A stretch of DNA of 32,199 nt. It comes from a virus. Taxonomy: Duplodnaviria; Caudoviricetes. The translations under genes and the position numbers were made by a program. The first letter of the stretch is position 1. The number at the start of each line of letters is the position of its first letter. The notes below the pieces were generated by a model that did no database searches, was not told the DNA's origin, and worked only from the letters and a program-made list of their open reading frames with translations. Positions 17,081 to 26,431 of this stretch are shown here, one piece after another. The DNA is taken from positions 1 through 32,199 of the IMG/VR virus record IMGVR_UViG_3300038674_000677. One strand, given 5' to 3'.

Positions 17081-18077
17081 TTTCTATTTCCTGCAAAAAA
17101 TCTATCATTTTTTTGTTGTCCAATTTTTCTTTCACATAATAAAAATCCTTGGTTCCTATAAAAGACAAAAGCATATCCTTCATTGGCTTATCCATTTCTA
17201 CTTTTACTTCGTTTTCTTTTTGGGAATTTACTTTTTGTTGTTCATACTCTGGAATTATATCTATAACACCAGCCTTGTAAAGAACATTCCTTATCTTAGA
17301 GAAGTTTTCTATTTTCTTATCTATTACTATTTTGACAAAAGAATTTTTAACCTCTTCTGTGTCAAAGCCTTCTTCCATTAAGCTATCATAAGTAATCTTC
17401 ATGTATGTCGGAGCAAGAGTATATTTTATAAACTCCTCATTACCAGTGCTAGGCTCAAACACTACAAATCCTTTTTCTTTGTCTCCTGCTTCTCCAAAAC
17501 TCAATTGGTAAGGAGAACCAATATATTCTATATTATATTTTTCTTGCCTTTTATGATAATGCCCTGTAAACACTTTTTTATAGTTTGAAAAGAAAGTAGG
17601 ATTAAAAGAATTTTTATCTTTTAATTCAAGACCATTATCAAAACAAAATTCATCTATCGGTAAATGAGTAAATAAATAATCTGCATCTACGGTAGGAACT
17701 TCCATTTCGTCTGTTGTATAAGGGCACATATTTATTTTAACACCATCAAATTCAAATTCCTCTGCCGATTTTATCACTATCCCAAAAGGTGAAAATGTTT
17801 CAACAATAGTATCTCCATCCATAGTGTATATATCATGATTACCTACGATAAAATATAATTCAAATTCTCTTTCTTTTAACTCTTGAAGTTTTTTGAACAA
17901 AGGAACAAATGTATCATATTTTACTTTATTAGATTTATGAAATATATCACCAAGAATAACTATTTTTTTTATTTTGTTTTTTTCAGCGTATCTGGCAAGA
18001 TAATCAATGTAATCAATACAAATATTTACATAAATACCATCTTGGCAATGTAAATCTGCGGTAAGTATTAGTTTCAT
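17070..18077 (-). CDS. 47: gp47/SbcD/Mre11-like metallophosphoesterase nuclease
   Basis: ADLH, LGDIFH, VGNHD, FTH, GHYH, YIGSPYQLSFGE; adjacent to gp46. Confidence 0.93.
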   Translation of the reverse strand: MKLILTADLHCQDGIYVNICIDYIDYLARYAEKNKIKKIVILGDIFHKSNKVKYDTFVPLFKKLQELKEREFELYFIVGNHDIYTMDGDTIVETFSPFGIVIKSAEEFEFDGVKINMCPYTTDEMEVPTVDADYLFTHLPIDEFCFDNGLELKDKNSFNPTFFSNYKKVFTGHYHKRQEKYNIEYIGSPYQLSFGEAGDKEKGFVVFEPSTGNEEFIKYTLAPTYMKITYDSLMEEGFDTEEVKNSFVKIVIDKKIENFSKIRNVLYKAGVIDIIPEYEQQKVNSQKENEVKVEMDKPMKDMLLSFIGTKDFYYVKEKLDNKKMIDFLQEIENEL

Positions 18078-18094
18078 AGAAACTCCTTGTATAA

Positions 18095-18123
18095 AGTATA
18101 AAATTATTTTAATTTTTTGTAAA
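18095..18123 (-). promoter_or_regulatory. sigma70 promoter for gp47/gp46
   Basis: TTTACA-17 nt-TATACT. Confidence 0.75.
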
Positions 18124-18138
18124 GTAATAAAAAAGCAA

Positions 18139-18148
18139 GGAAAGATAA
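18139..18148 (+). promoter_or_regulatory. Candidate late promoter GGAAAGATAA
   Basis: The same 10-mer precedes 27958 and 30759; here it is separate from the AGGAG SD. Confidence 0.55.
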
Positions 18149-18168
18149 AGAAGACAGGAGATATTATA

Positions 18169-18735
18169 ATGGCAATTACTTTAACAATGGAAAATTTTTC
18201 ATATGCTGAACCTATGAAGAAAAATAGGTTCTTAGTTCAATTTCAACAAATTACTGGAATCACTGATATTTCAGAGGGGCTAACCTTAGCATGCCATGCT
18301 TGTGGAACTCCTAAGTTAACTATTTCTCAGCAAGAACTTCATAGATTTAACGACCGTGTTTACGTTCCTGGTAAAGGTGAATTTAACGAAATAGATTTTG
18401 AGTTTTACGAATATATTAGCACGCCGAAAGGAAGTAATAACAAAGCAAGTGCCGGTAATTTGTTATGGGATTGGCAAAAGAAAGTTTATGACCCTGCAAC
18501 AGGCATTTCTGGATACAAACAAGATATAACTACTGGCGTTTTAATTGTTCAGTTTGATGGTGAAGGAAATGTAGTTAGAACTTGGAACTTGTATCATGCT
18601 TGGCCAACAGGAGTTGAATTTGATGGACTTGATTCCAAATCTGATGATATTCAAAACGTAAAAGTCACACTTAGATATGACTGGGCATCGCAAACAAATT
18701 CGGCAACCAAATCAGAAAAAAAGGTAAATTTATAA
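18169..18735 (+). CDS. 19: T4 gp19-like tail tube protein
   Basis: EP...NRF.VQF, PK.T, V.GK..F..I.FEF, W.W, G...RTW.L..AWPT, VTLRYD. Confidence 0.88.
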   Translation: MAITLTMENFSYAEPMKKNRFLVQFQQITGITDISEGLTLACHACGTPKLTISQQELHRFNDRVYVPGKGEFNEIDFEFYEYISTPKGSNNKASAGNLLWDWQKKVYDPATGISGYKQDITTGVLIVQFDGEGNVVRTWNLYHAWPTGVEFDGLDSKSDDIQNVKVTLRYDWASQTNSATKSEKKVNL

Positions 18736-18773
18736 AAAAAAAGAAGAAGGAGTTTTCACTCCTTCTTTTTTTT
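18734..18773. terminator. Bidirectional terminator
   Basis: A run, AAGAAGGAGT-TTTC-ACTCCTTCTT, T run. Confidence 0.85.
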
Positions 18774-19037
18774 ATTAGCAAATAACTTGCTTAAAAAATT
18801 CATTATTTTAAATGTAAAATAATACATTAATGATAATAAAAATCTAATAAAATTAAAAATTATATATGGTATCCATAATATAACTATAAAAACATCATAA
18901 AACATATTTTCATATTCTAATTCATCAAATGATTTTTTATATTGTTCTTCATATATCATTTTATAATAGATAAAAGAGCCTATAAAATAGCATAATAATC
19001 CCAGCCACAATGAATTTTCTCTTAAAAAATTTAACAA
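18756..19037 (-). CDS. Small membrane protein (two hydrophobic segments)
   Basis: LWLGLLCYFIGSFIYY and VFIVILWIPYIIFNFIRFLLSLMYY; basic tail. Confidence 0.65.
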   Translation of the reverse strand: MLNFLRENSLWLGLLCYFIGSFIYYKMIYEEQYKKSFDELEYENMFYDVFIVILWIPYIIFNFIRFLLSLMYYFTFKIMNFLSKLFANKKKKE

Positions 19038-19046
19038 TTATTTTTC

Positions 19047-19688
19047 CTACTTTTGAGAGAAATATAGCATTTGTAAAACATCATTACGAATACTTATTTC
19101 AAACTTATTATTATATAAGTCGTAATTTATTTCTATAAAATTTAATGTTTTATGCTCTTTAAAAATTAATTCTTTTGGAAAACTGCCCCTAAATTTTTTT
19201 ATATAATAATCTCCATCAGATAACATATTTTTTAGTTTTCTACAAATAGAGGAGCTATCTTGGGAATCCATATTCTCTAAAACTATAATGGGAAATTTTA
19301 TATTAGGTTTTATAAAATATGTTCCTATCCCTTTCTTTGTGGAAATGTTCAATGGCTTTATTGCTTGTTTTAACCACTTTTCTATATCAAAAGATAAAAC
19401 TACTTCTCTTGCTTTTAATTTTTTTATAGTTATAAAATTTTCCTCTTTCAAATTATCTAATATAGTTCTTTCTAACGATTTTAAATCTACAAGCCTTTCA
19501 AACAAATAAGAATTTGAGTCAACGGGAACATTATAATAATCTATAGAAAAAGTATATAATATCTCTTTTGATAAAGTTTCTTTATTTAAAAGAGACAACA
19601 TTATATTTTCTTTATCTATTTTTATTTGTTTATCATAATTTTTTAACTGCGGTTCATCTTTAAAAAATTTTCCATTATAAATATACAT
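19047..19688 (-). CDS. Hypothetical protein (213 aa)
   Basis: TAATG stop/start overlap with the upstream gene. Confidence 0.75.
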   Translation of the reverse strand: MYIYNGKFFKDEPQLKNYDKQIKIDKENIMLSLLNKETLSKEILYTFSIDYYNVPVDSNSYLFERLVDLKSLERTILDNLKEENFITIKKLKAREVVLSFDIEKWLKQAIKPLNISTKKGIGTYFIKPNIKFPIIVLENMDSQDSSSICRKLKNMLSDGDYYIKKFRGSFPKELIFKEHKTLNFIEINYDLYNNKFEISIRNDVLQMLYFSQK

Positions 19689-21223
19689 TAATCTTTCTCC
19701 AAAAATAAATCTTTGGCATTTTTTAAATTTTTAATAGTTATAAGATTATTTATTAATCTATATTTCTTCAATAACTTAAAATCCTTTTCTTCCATTTTAG
19801 ATTGAAGACTCCTTTCGAACCTTTTTATTTCGGCATCAATTTTCTTTTCGGCCTGCTTCATTTTTTCAGATTTTTCAAAAAATATAGGATTAAAAAAATC
19901 TTCCTCTTTTATTTTCAAAATATAATCACTAAGTTTATTACTATCTTTTGGGGCCCCTGGTTTTAATTGATAAATCTTTTTTTCTTCATCCGTCAAACTC
20001 TTATTCGCTCTTTCCTTGGCCATTTTATCAAGAAGTTCTTCTTTTCTTCCGTAAATTCTTTCTTTTACTTTTGCTAATTGATTTAAATATTCTTCTGTAT
20101 ATTTGTTTCTTTCATTGTTTTTAATTTGCTCTGTTATTTTTTCTCTCATTAAAAACATTTCATATTCATCAGCAAAACTCTTATTAGTTATTTTTTCATT
20201 ATTTATTGAAATATATTTATCGATATTTTTAATTATTCTCTCTTTTGAATCTTTTTCTAAATCAGAATCTTTAATATTATTTTCAAAATCTTCTATAGTG
20301 CTTAATATTTTTCTAAATTTATCAATATCATCTGTCTTAATGGCTTTTTCTATTTTCTTATATTTATCATAATCAAGGGGTGATTTTGCAGTATTCGTTA
20401 ATCTCTTTTTTAAAACATCAAGTTCTGTGGATTTCTTTTTTAGTTTGTCCAAATCTTCTTTTGATATACTATTATCGGATTCTAGTTTATCAACAAGACT
20501 AGCCATATAGTTATCAACATCTTTTATTTTATTTTTTAAAGCTTGGAAATCTAAATCGGTAAATCTTGTACTTTTTAAATCATATTTTTCAAATACTTTT
20601 CTAAGAGCAGTTTGGTTAATATTTCCATCTGCTGTTATTTTTTCTATTTCATCTACACCTTTGGCTTTATTTCCAACTTGAAAATATTCCTTGTTCAAAT
20701 CAGAATAAGTATCAGAACGCATATTTTCTATCTTATATTCTGCTCTTTTTTTTAGCCTTAAATATTCTTCTTTGGATAATCCATAAACTTCTTTGGGGTA
20801 TAAAGACTTCGATTTTTCAAGATTATTTTTAATTACTTGGTAAGGTGCAAGGAAGTTTTCTCTAAATGTTTTTATCTCTTTAGAAATTTCTTTTCCATAT
20901 TTTTTCTTGATATATTTTAATGCTCTTTTTTGTTCAGAAGTTAATTTATAAACAGTTCCAGTTTCCTTAGAAGTTTTTCCCCATTTAGCAGAAGAAATCT
21001 CCTTTTTGGCTTTTTTTTCTGCTGTTTTTTCGGGAGAGGCTTCACTTAATATCTCTTCTTTAAGAATATCATCTTTAAAATAAATCATGTCTAATGGAGT
21101 TTCAAAACAAAAGTAAGAAACAACGGGAGTTATAGGAACACCAAATCCTTCTGGAATATCTTCCGCTAAAATTTCCTTGTTATCTTTGTAAAGCTCTTTT
21201 ACTAAAAGGTTAAATAAATCCAT
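19688..21223 (-). CDS. Lys/Glu-rich helical protein (511 aa), probable virion-internal protein
   Basis: N-terminal acidic leader ending ILKEEILSEA; GGAAAGTTAA upstream. Confidence 0.8.
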   Translation of the reverse strand: MDLFNLLVKELYKDNKEILAEDIPEGFGVPITPVVSYFCFETPLDMIYFKDDILKEEILSEASPEKTAEKKAKKEISSAKWGKTSKETGTVYKLTSEQKRALKYIKKKYGKEISKEIKTFRENFLAPYQVIKNNLEKSKSLYPKEVYGLSKEEYLRLKKRAEYKIENMRSDTYSDLNKEYFQVGNKAKGVDEIEKITADGNINQTALRKVFEKYDLKSTRFTDLDFQALKNKIKDVDNYMASLVDKLESDNSISKEDLDKLKKKSTELDVLKKRLTNTAKSPLDYDKYKKIEKAIKTDDIDKFRKILSTIEDFENNIKDSDLEKDSKERIIKNIDKYISINNEKITNKSFADEYEMFLMREKITEQIKNNERNKYTEEYLNQLAKVKERIYGRKEELLDKMAKERANKSLTDEEKKIYQLKPGAPKDSNKLSDYILKIKEEDFFNPIFFEKSEKMKQAEKKIDAEIKRFERSLQSKMEEKDFKLLKKYRLINNLITIKNLKNAKDLFLEKD

Positions 21224-21239
21224 AACTTTCCTCTACACA

Positions 21240-23606
21240 TTAACTTTCCAAAATCTTTACTGGGAACCCTACCTTCTCATAAATCTTCATTCTTTCTTTA
21301 GAGTGTTTCGAAGTAAATTTGTTTCCTACATCATAAAAATCATACACAATAGCCTCAGTTTTACCAATGTCTTTACGTAATGCTCTACCAAGTCGTTGAA
21401 CTGCTTCTATTCTTGATTTACCGCCAGCAGCATTAATAAGAACCCTAATTGAATTAATGCTAATTCCTTCGTTAAAAATATTTGATGCTATAAGAACTTT
21501 AAGTTCTTTATTATTTAATCTTCTTATCGATTCTTTTCTTGTATCGGCATCTTCAGAACCAGAAACAAAAAAAGAGCCGTCTATTATTCTTTCTAAATTT
21601 TTTCCATGCTCTATATTTTTAACAAGGATAAGAGTTGTATCGTTATGCTTTTCGACTAACTTTTTTATTAATTCATTTCTATCCGTATTATTAACAAGAC
21701 AAATTTCATTAACACTATCCCATGTTGTATTACTTGGAATATTTGGCATCATATTTTCAACGAACGAAATAGACGGGTAAACTATAACATTATGTTCAAG
21801 AAGTTCTTGGGCATTTATTTCTTCTATAATATTACCAAGATATTTTTTAACTGTCATAAAATCAACATTGTGATTTCCCTCCGGAGTAGCCGAAAAACCA
21901 TAAAATGCTTTTGCTTTTGATTCTTTTAAATAATCTTGAAAAGTCTTGCTACTTGCTCTATGGCACTCATCTACTATAACAACATCAAAATCATTCGGTA
22001 ATTCTTTTGCTAATCCAATTGTGCAAACATAAGAAGCATTTACATCTATTTTTCCTTTCTTATCACTTCCCCTATAAAGCACAGGAAATCCACCATTATT
22101 TAATCTTTCTGCCGTTTGTTTTCCTAAGTCTTGCTTATTAACAAGAACTAATATTTTGAGGTTGACTACTTTACAAAAAGCAAGAACGACTTCTGTATTA
22201 TGAGATACTATGAAATCACCAAGCATAAACCTTCCATCACCGTCAAGAGTAAAACCAAAATATTCACCATCTTCAAGTTTCTCTATTTCAAAACCAATTT
22301 TAGTCGGGTCTTTGAGCTCGTGGCTTATTTTTTCTCTTTTTTCTGACTGCTTTCTTTTAATTTTAGTTGGAATTTTATAAACATCACCAGCAATATAAAC
22401 AGAATAATAAGTTCCAATAGTGCCATTTTGTGAACTTTTTTCTACTTCAGATATAGAAGAATAAAATCCTAATGACTTAGATAGAAAAGCAACTTCATTT
22501 GCCAAATTTTTATTCTTATTTGAAAACTCAAATATACCCCTTTTAACATCCAAATAACCATCAGTATCTAATAACCCTGCTAATAAATTTAATCTATTTT
22601 CATAACTATCAATTAAATATTCTTTTGGTATATGTTTATTATTTATTAAATTAAGGTTTCTAAGTTCTTTTGTAATTTCATTTTTATTTTTTTGAATATA
22701 TTTTTTTACACTTAAATTATCAAACTTTTCAGCGTATTCATATAAATATGAAATAATCTCTTCATCAATAGAAGTAATACTAGGACTGTCGCTTCTTCCA
22801 TCACCAAGCCATACCCCTAAAAAATATGGTTCTAGGTTATGTTTTTTTTCTTCCCAGCACAAGACTGGTTCTTGAAATAAACTCCATACTCTTTTAAAAT
22901 CTTTTGTTTGATTTAAATAATCAAGTATAGAAATATCTATAACATCATTTTTCTTTGTTGTTTTATATAAATCTCTTGAAGCTTTTAATGTTAAAACATG
23001 TGAAGAATTTACTATATGACTTCCATTTCCTTTTAAATATTTTATTCTATAAAGAATATCATTACCAGATGTTATTGACATAACTTTTCTAGGAGTTGAA
23101 TCCCATCCCATAATAATATCATCAATTACAATATCTTGAACTAATTTTATACTCCCATCATACATAAGTATTTCTGTATTTTTGCCAAAACATTTGCCCG
23201 CTGATGTTGTGGCTTTTATTATGCCTCTTCTTGTTGAAAGCATTTTTCTTAATGCTCTAATTTGATGCTCTACATACGTAAAATTTGGATTAAAATTTAA
23301 TCTTAATTCATCATAGGTGTATTCTTTATTCTGATAGTTTAATTTAGTTCTTTCATCTTTTACTGTTGCTTTTATTTTATTTTCTTTTATACATTTTACC
23401 ACATCCAACAAAAGCCCTGGCATAAATAAAATATCTTTCTTATATAAAGAATAGAATTTTTGATTTTTTACTTTATCTTTTGAAAATCCACCTCTTGTGA
23501 AAGCACTCCTCTCATCTTTTAAAGTAAAAGAATTAACTATTATATTTTTTTCCTTTTCTGTTGGTGATTTTACTATTACTACATTATCTCTTACTATTAA
23601 TTCCAT
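21240..23606 (-). CDS. uvsW: UvsW-like superfamily 2 helicase containing an intein (start revised to ATG 23606)
   Basis: Q motif HQIRAL, Walker A ATTSAGK/T split by the intein, VDECH, GFSATP, FNEGISI, VQRLGRALR, VYDFYD. Confidence 0.92.
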   Translation of the reverse strand: MELIVRDNVVIVKSPTEKEKNIIVNSFTLKDERSAFTRGGFSKDKVKNQKFYSLYKKDILFMPGLLLDVVKCIKENKIKATVKDERTKLNYQNKEYTYDELRLNFNPNFTYVEHQIRALRKMLSTRRGIIKATTSAGKCFGKNTEILMYDGSIKLVQDIVIDDIIMGWDSTPRKVMSITSGNDILYRIKYLKGNGSHIVNSSHVLTLKASRDLYKTTKKNDVIDISILDYLNQTKDFKRVWSLFQEPVLCWEEKKHNLEPYFLGVWLGDGRSDSPSITSIDEEIISYLYEYAEKFDNLSVKKYIQKNKNEITKELRNLNLINNKHIPKEYLIDSYENRLNLLAGLLDTDGYLDVKRGIFEFSNKNKNLANEVAFLSKSLGFYSSISEVEKSSQNGTIGTYYSVYIAGDVYKIPTKIKRKQSEKREKISHELKDPTKIGFEIEKLEDGEYFGFTLDGDGRFMLGDFIVSHNTEVVLAFCKVVNLKILVLVNKQDLGKQTAERLNNGGFPVLYRGSDKKGKIDVNASYVCTIGLAKELPNDFDVVIVDECHRASSKTFQDYLKESKAKAFYGFSATPEGNHNVDFMTVKKYLGNIIEEINAQELLEHNVIVYPSISFVENMMPNIPSNTTWDSVNEICLVNNTDRNELIKKLVEKHNDTTLILVKNIEHGKNLERIIDGSFFVSGSEDADTRKESIRRLNNKELKVLIASNIFNEGISINSIRVLINAAGGKSRIEAVQRLGRALRKDIGKTEAIVYDFYDVGNKFTSKHSKERMKIYEKVGFPVKILES
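22197..23192 (-). mobile_element. Intein (332 aa) with LAGLIDADG homing endonuclease
   Basis: Starts CFGKNTEILMYDG; block B VNSSHVL; LGVWLGDG and LAGLLDTDG motifs; ends FMLGDFIVSHN with +1 Thr. Inserted in the P-loop between K and T. Confidence 0.95.
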
Positions 23607-23619
23607 AATTTCCTTCAAA

Positions 23620-23646
23620 CAAAAAAAGCCGGATGGAATCCGGCTT
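23620..23646 (-). terminator. Rho-independent terminator after uvsX
   Basis: AAGCCGGAT...ATCCGGCTT plus a T run on the minus strand. Confidence 0.8.
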
Positions 23647-23663
23647 ATTATAAATAATAGATA

Positions 23664-24941
23664 TTATAATCCCTCTTCTCTTATTACTGCTTTAATCATA
23701 TCTTCACTATCAGCAACTAAATTGGAAAAATCATTTTCATCTTCTACAAAATCTTCACTATGCTCCGCATCTATTTTACCGCTATCAATATCATCTTCTC
23801 TTTGTTTCTTAATTTGAAGTTCTCTATTTTCTAAAATCTTTTGAATCTTTCCAATATTTTCCTCTGGATTTTCTTTTAAAAGATTAATGAAATCCTTTTT
23901 ATAAAATCTCTTATCGCCCCAAAGTTCAGGGCAAGAATACCAAGTTCCACTTCCTTCAATAACCCCAAAATCCCTTAAAAGTTTAAACATACCAGAATAC
24001 CTAGTTATACCAAACTGTGAATCAATCATAAATTGACTACTTCTATGTCTGGTTCCAAATCTTGATTTTCTTACAAATGCTTTCAAAGTAGAATATGTTG
24101 TTCCAAGAGAAGTATTCTTGTTTTCTTTATCATCTTTCTTATCTTTTTCTGTAATATCATCAGATTCTACGGTAGTAGAAAGTCTTAATACTAATGAAGA
24201 GTTATAATATACATTTTCTCCGCCGGCAGGAACCCACGGGTCATAAGGATTTTCAAAATTTTTGTATAACTTATTTGTGTAAATAAGCGCTACATTCGTT
24301 TTTTCTATTTCGTTATCAAACGTTCTAAAAAAAGCACCTATTTCTTGCGAACGTTTCCCCATATCATAACCACCATTTAATTCTCTTACTGATTGTAAGT
24401 TAGCGACAGAATCAAGGATTATGGCTACTTTCTTTTCTCTTAATGTTGGAGTTAAAGTAAAAGAATTCAAAAGATTTTTTACCATAAGGATTGCTCCTCT
24501 TACGTAAATATATTCTGCTGTTTCAAGTTTAGCAGGAACATCTTTATCAGCAACTTCTTCTCTTTTTCCATTTTTTTTAGAGATTCTATAAGAACCCAAA
24601 GTATGAGCCTTTAAAATTCTTATTTTATTTAAATCAACACCGGCAAATTCCATTAATTCTTGGGAATTTCCACCGCCTTCTGTGTCTATAACAATACCTA
24701 AATCTAACTTTGGGTCTCTCAAAACAGAAACTGCTATAAGTGATTTACCAGTTGAGTTAAGCCCCTCGAATCCAGTAATTCTTCCGGATGCTATACCACC
24801 TAAAATATTCTTCGAACAAATATAATTAAGAGCATAATTTCCAGTATCATACCAATATGCTACTTTTGAGCTTTTTTCTGCTGGTTTAATTACATCTTCT
24901 CCAAACATACTATCATATTCATCTATCTTCGCTTTTGCCAT
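23664..24941 (-). CDS. uvsX: UvsX/RecA-like recombinase
   Basis: DTGNYALN..S....GG...GRIT.F.G..STGKS, IDTEG, ILDSVANL, TN..Y, GG....Y.SS, KSRF. Confidence 0.93.
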   Translation of the reverse strand: MAKAKIDEYDSMFGEDVIKPAEKSSKVAYWYDTGNYALNYICSKNILGGIASGRITGFEGLNSTGKSLIAVSVLRDPKLDLGIVIDTEGGGNSQELMEFAGVDLNKIRILKAHTLGSYRISKKNGKREEVADKDVPAKLETAEYIYVRGAILMVKNLLNSFTLTPTLREKKVAIILDSVANLQSVRELNGGYDMGKRSQEIGAFFRTFDNEIEKTNVALIYTNKLYKNFENPYDPWVPAGGENVYYNSSLVLRLSTTVESDDITEKDKKDDKENKNTSLGTTYSTLKAFVRKSRFGTRHRSSQFMIDSQFGITRYSGMFKLLRDFGVIEGSGTWYSCPELWGDKRFYKKDFINLLKENPEENIGKIQKILENRELQIKKQREDDIDSGKIDAEHSEDFVEDENDFSNLVADSEDMIKAVIREEGL

Positions 24942-24958
24942 ATTTTTCTCCTATAGAT

Positions 24959-24984
24959 AAAAAGCCCCTTTAAAAGGGGCTTTT
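24959..24984 (-). terminator. Rho-independent terminator after gene 32
   Basis: AAAAGCCCCTTT-A-AAAGGGGCTTTT. Confidence 0.8.
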
Positions 24985-24986
24985 CT

Positions 24987-25862
24987 TTATACTGGAATTT
25001 GTTCATCATCAAAACCAGCCAATTCATTTATAAGTAAATCAAGTTCATCAGTATTTTCACTATCCAAATTTACTTCTTGTTTTGGAGAACTCTTTGCTAA
25101 TGACTGCTGAGTGTTTTGTTGATTATTAATTCTACTCTCTGTTTGTTTACTTCCAGTAGTATTAGAAGAAATTCCTGCATAATCCCTTAACACTTTTTCA
25201 AGAGATTCTCTTGACTGAAAAGTTATGGCAGAATTATAAGATATTTTTTCTGCTTCTTGAAGAATTTTAATAATTTCTTCTTTGTTGTCAGAAATTGCAG
25301 ATTTCTTGGGCATTACATAAGAAGTATCATATTTTGTCTGTTGCCCTGTTCCTGTTCTTTGAAGAACAAAATCATTTCCATCAATAGGATGAATAACTGG
25401 AGAACCATAATCACCTGATGAAATGGCTGATATAATCAACTTTTTAACAGACATTGGCAACTCATAAAATTGCACTTTTAAGTCTTTATCATCTCTTATT
25501 ATAATTCTAGAAATATCTTTAGTTTTTGCTGAAATGGCTTTGGCTTCTTCAAGAGTTTCTTTGTCATTTTCCCCTGCTTTGTAAAGTTGTTTTGCCAAAT
25601 TACAAATAGGACAATTTTCAGCAACATGTTCATTTCCATCTTTGTCTACAAGTGTTTGATTAAGACATTCATATGGAACCTTATTAATCCAGTGTACTTT
25701 ATGTGTAAAATAAAACAATTTTTCACCATTAGATTTCATTGGAGGAAGAATTCTTATAACCGTCCTGTCTTTTGTTGGACGCCAAAATTTCCCTGTGTCA
25801 ACTTCATCTAATGCTTTAAGCATACCTTCTTCATCATAGAAATCATTTAAATTAAAACTCAT
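24987..25862 (-). CDS. 32: T4 gp32-like single-stranded DNA-binding protein
   Basis: FWRP....VIRILPP, H, C....CPIC Zn ligands, G.DF.L...G....Y..S, acidic C-terminal tail. Confidence 0.88.
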   Translation of the reverse strand: MSFNLNDFYDEEGMLKALDEVDTGKFWRPTKDRTVIRILPPMKSNGEKLFYFTHKVHWINKVPYECLNQTLVDKDGNEHVAENCPICNLAKQLYKAGENDKETLEEAKAISAKTKDISRIIIRDDKDLKVQFYELPMSVKKLIISAISSGDYGSPVIHPIDGNDFVLQRTGTGQQTKYDTSYVMPKKSAISDNKEEIIKILQEAEKISYNSAITFQSRESLEKVLRDYAGISSNTTGSKQTESRINNQQNTQQSLAKSSPKQEVNLDSENTDELDLLINELAGFDDEQIPV

Positions 25863-25898
25863 TTTACGTCTCCTTGCGATTTACGCTTCTATACATTT

Positions 25899-26025
25899 AT
25901 TATAAATCTTTTTTATTTTTTTGTCAACCAACGATTAACTACTTACTAAAATAAATTAAGATTTATAATTCAATTCAAAATACCTTTTACGTTTCAATTT
26001 TAGTATATTTTTAAATTTTTGTCAA
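25899..26025 (-). promoter_or_regulatory. Tandem sigma70 promoters upstream of gene 32
   Basis: TTGACA-17-TATAAT (25899-25927) and TTGACA-17-TAAAAT (25997-26025). Confidence 0.8.
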
Positions 26026-26258
26026 TCTTCTTTTGAAGGATTAATATATTCAACCATTGCTCCCCATATCATATCTTCGTCCAAAAAAGGATTTTCTAAA
26101 ATTTTATAATGTCTGGAGCCATCTTCTATAGCCTGTGGATGCAAATTTCCATCTTCATCTACATCTCTGCCTCTAATAATATCTCCAACTTCAAGATTTT
26201 TTATTGAAGTTTTTACCCAAATACCATCTTTTAAAACTTCTGTTATTCTTTCATCCAT
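26022..26258 (-). CDS. Hypothetical small beta protein (78 aa)
   Basis: AAGGA SD; TEVLKDG..K.SIKNLEVGDII segment. Confidence 0.75.
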   Translation of the reverse strand: MDERITEVLKDGIWVKTSIKNLEVGDIIRGRDVDEDGNLHPQAIEDGSRHYKILENPFLDEDMIWGAMVEYINPSKED

Positions 26259-26266
26259 AAATTCCT

Positions 26267-26431
26267 TTATTCTTTTGCCTCTAAAAATTTTGATAATTTT
26301 TTAGTCATAAATCTAAAATCATTTACTTCCATATCATAAAGTTCTGAATAAGTAAAACCATGATTTACGAGATAAAACATATTAGATTTTATATTTGATA
26401 AATTATCTTGATTCAAAACGAAAAAATTCAT
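26267..26431 (-). CDS. gp51-like baseplate/tail assembly chaperone C-terminal frame (probably reached by frameshift)
   Basis: FYLVNHGFTYSELYDMEVNDFRF pattern is typical of the short ORF following gp26-like genes; overlaps the end of the upstream gene. Confidence 0.65.
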   Translation of the reverse strand: MNFFVLNQDNLSNIKSNMFYLVNHGFTYSELYDMEVNDFRFMTKKLSKFLEAKE

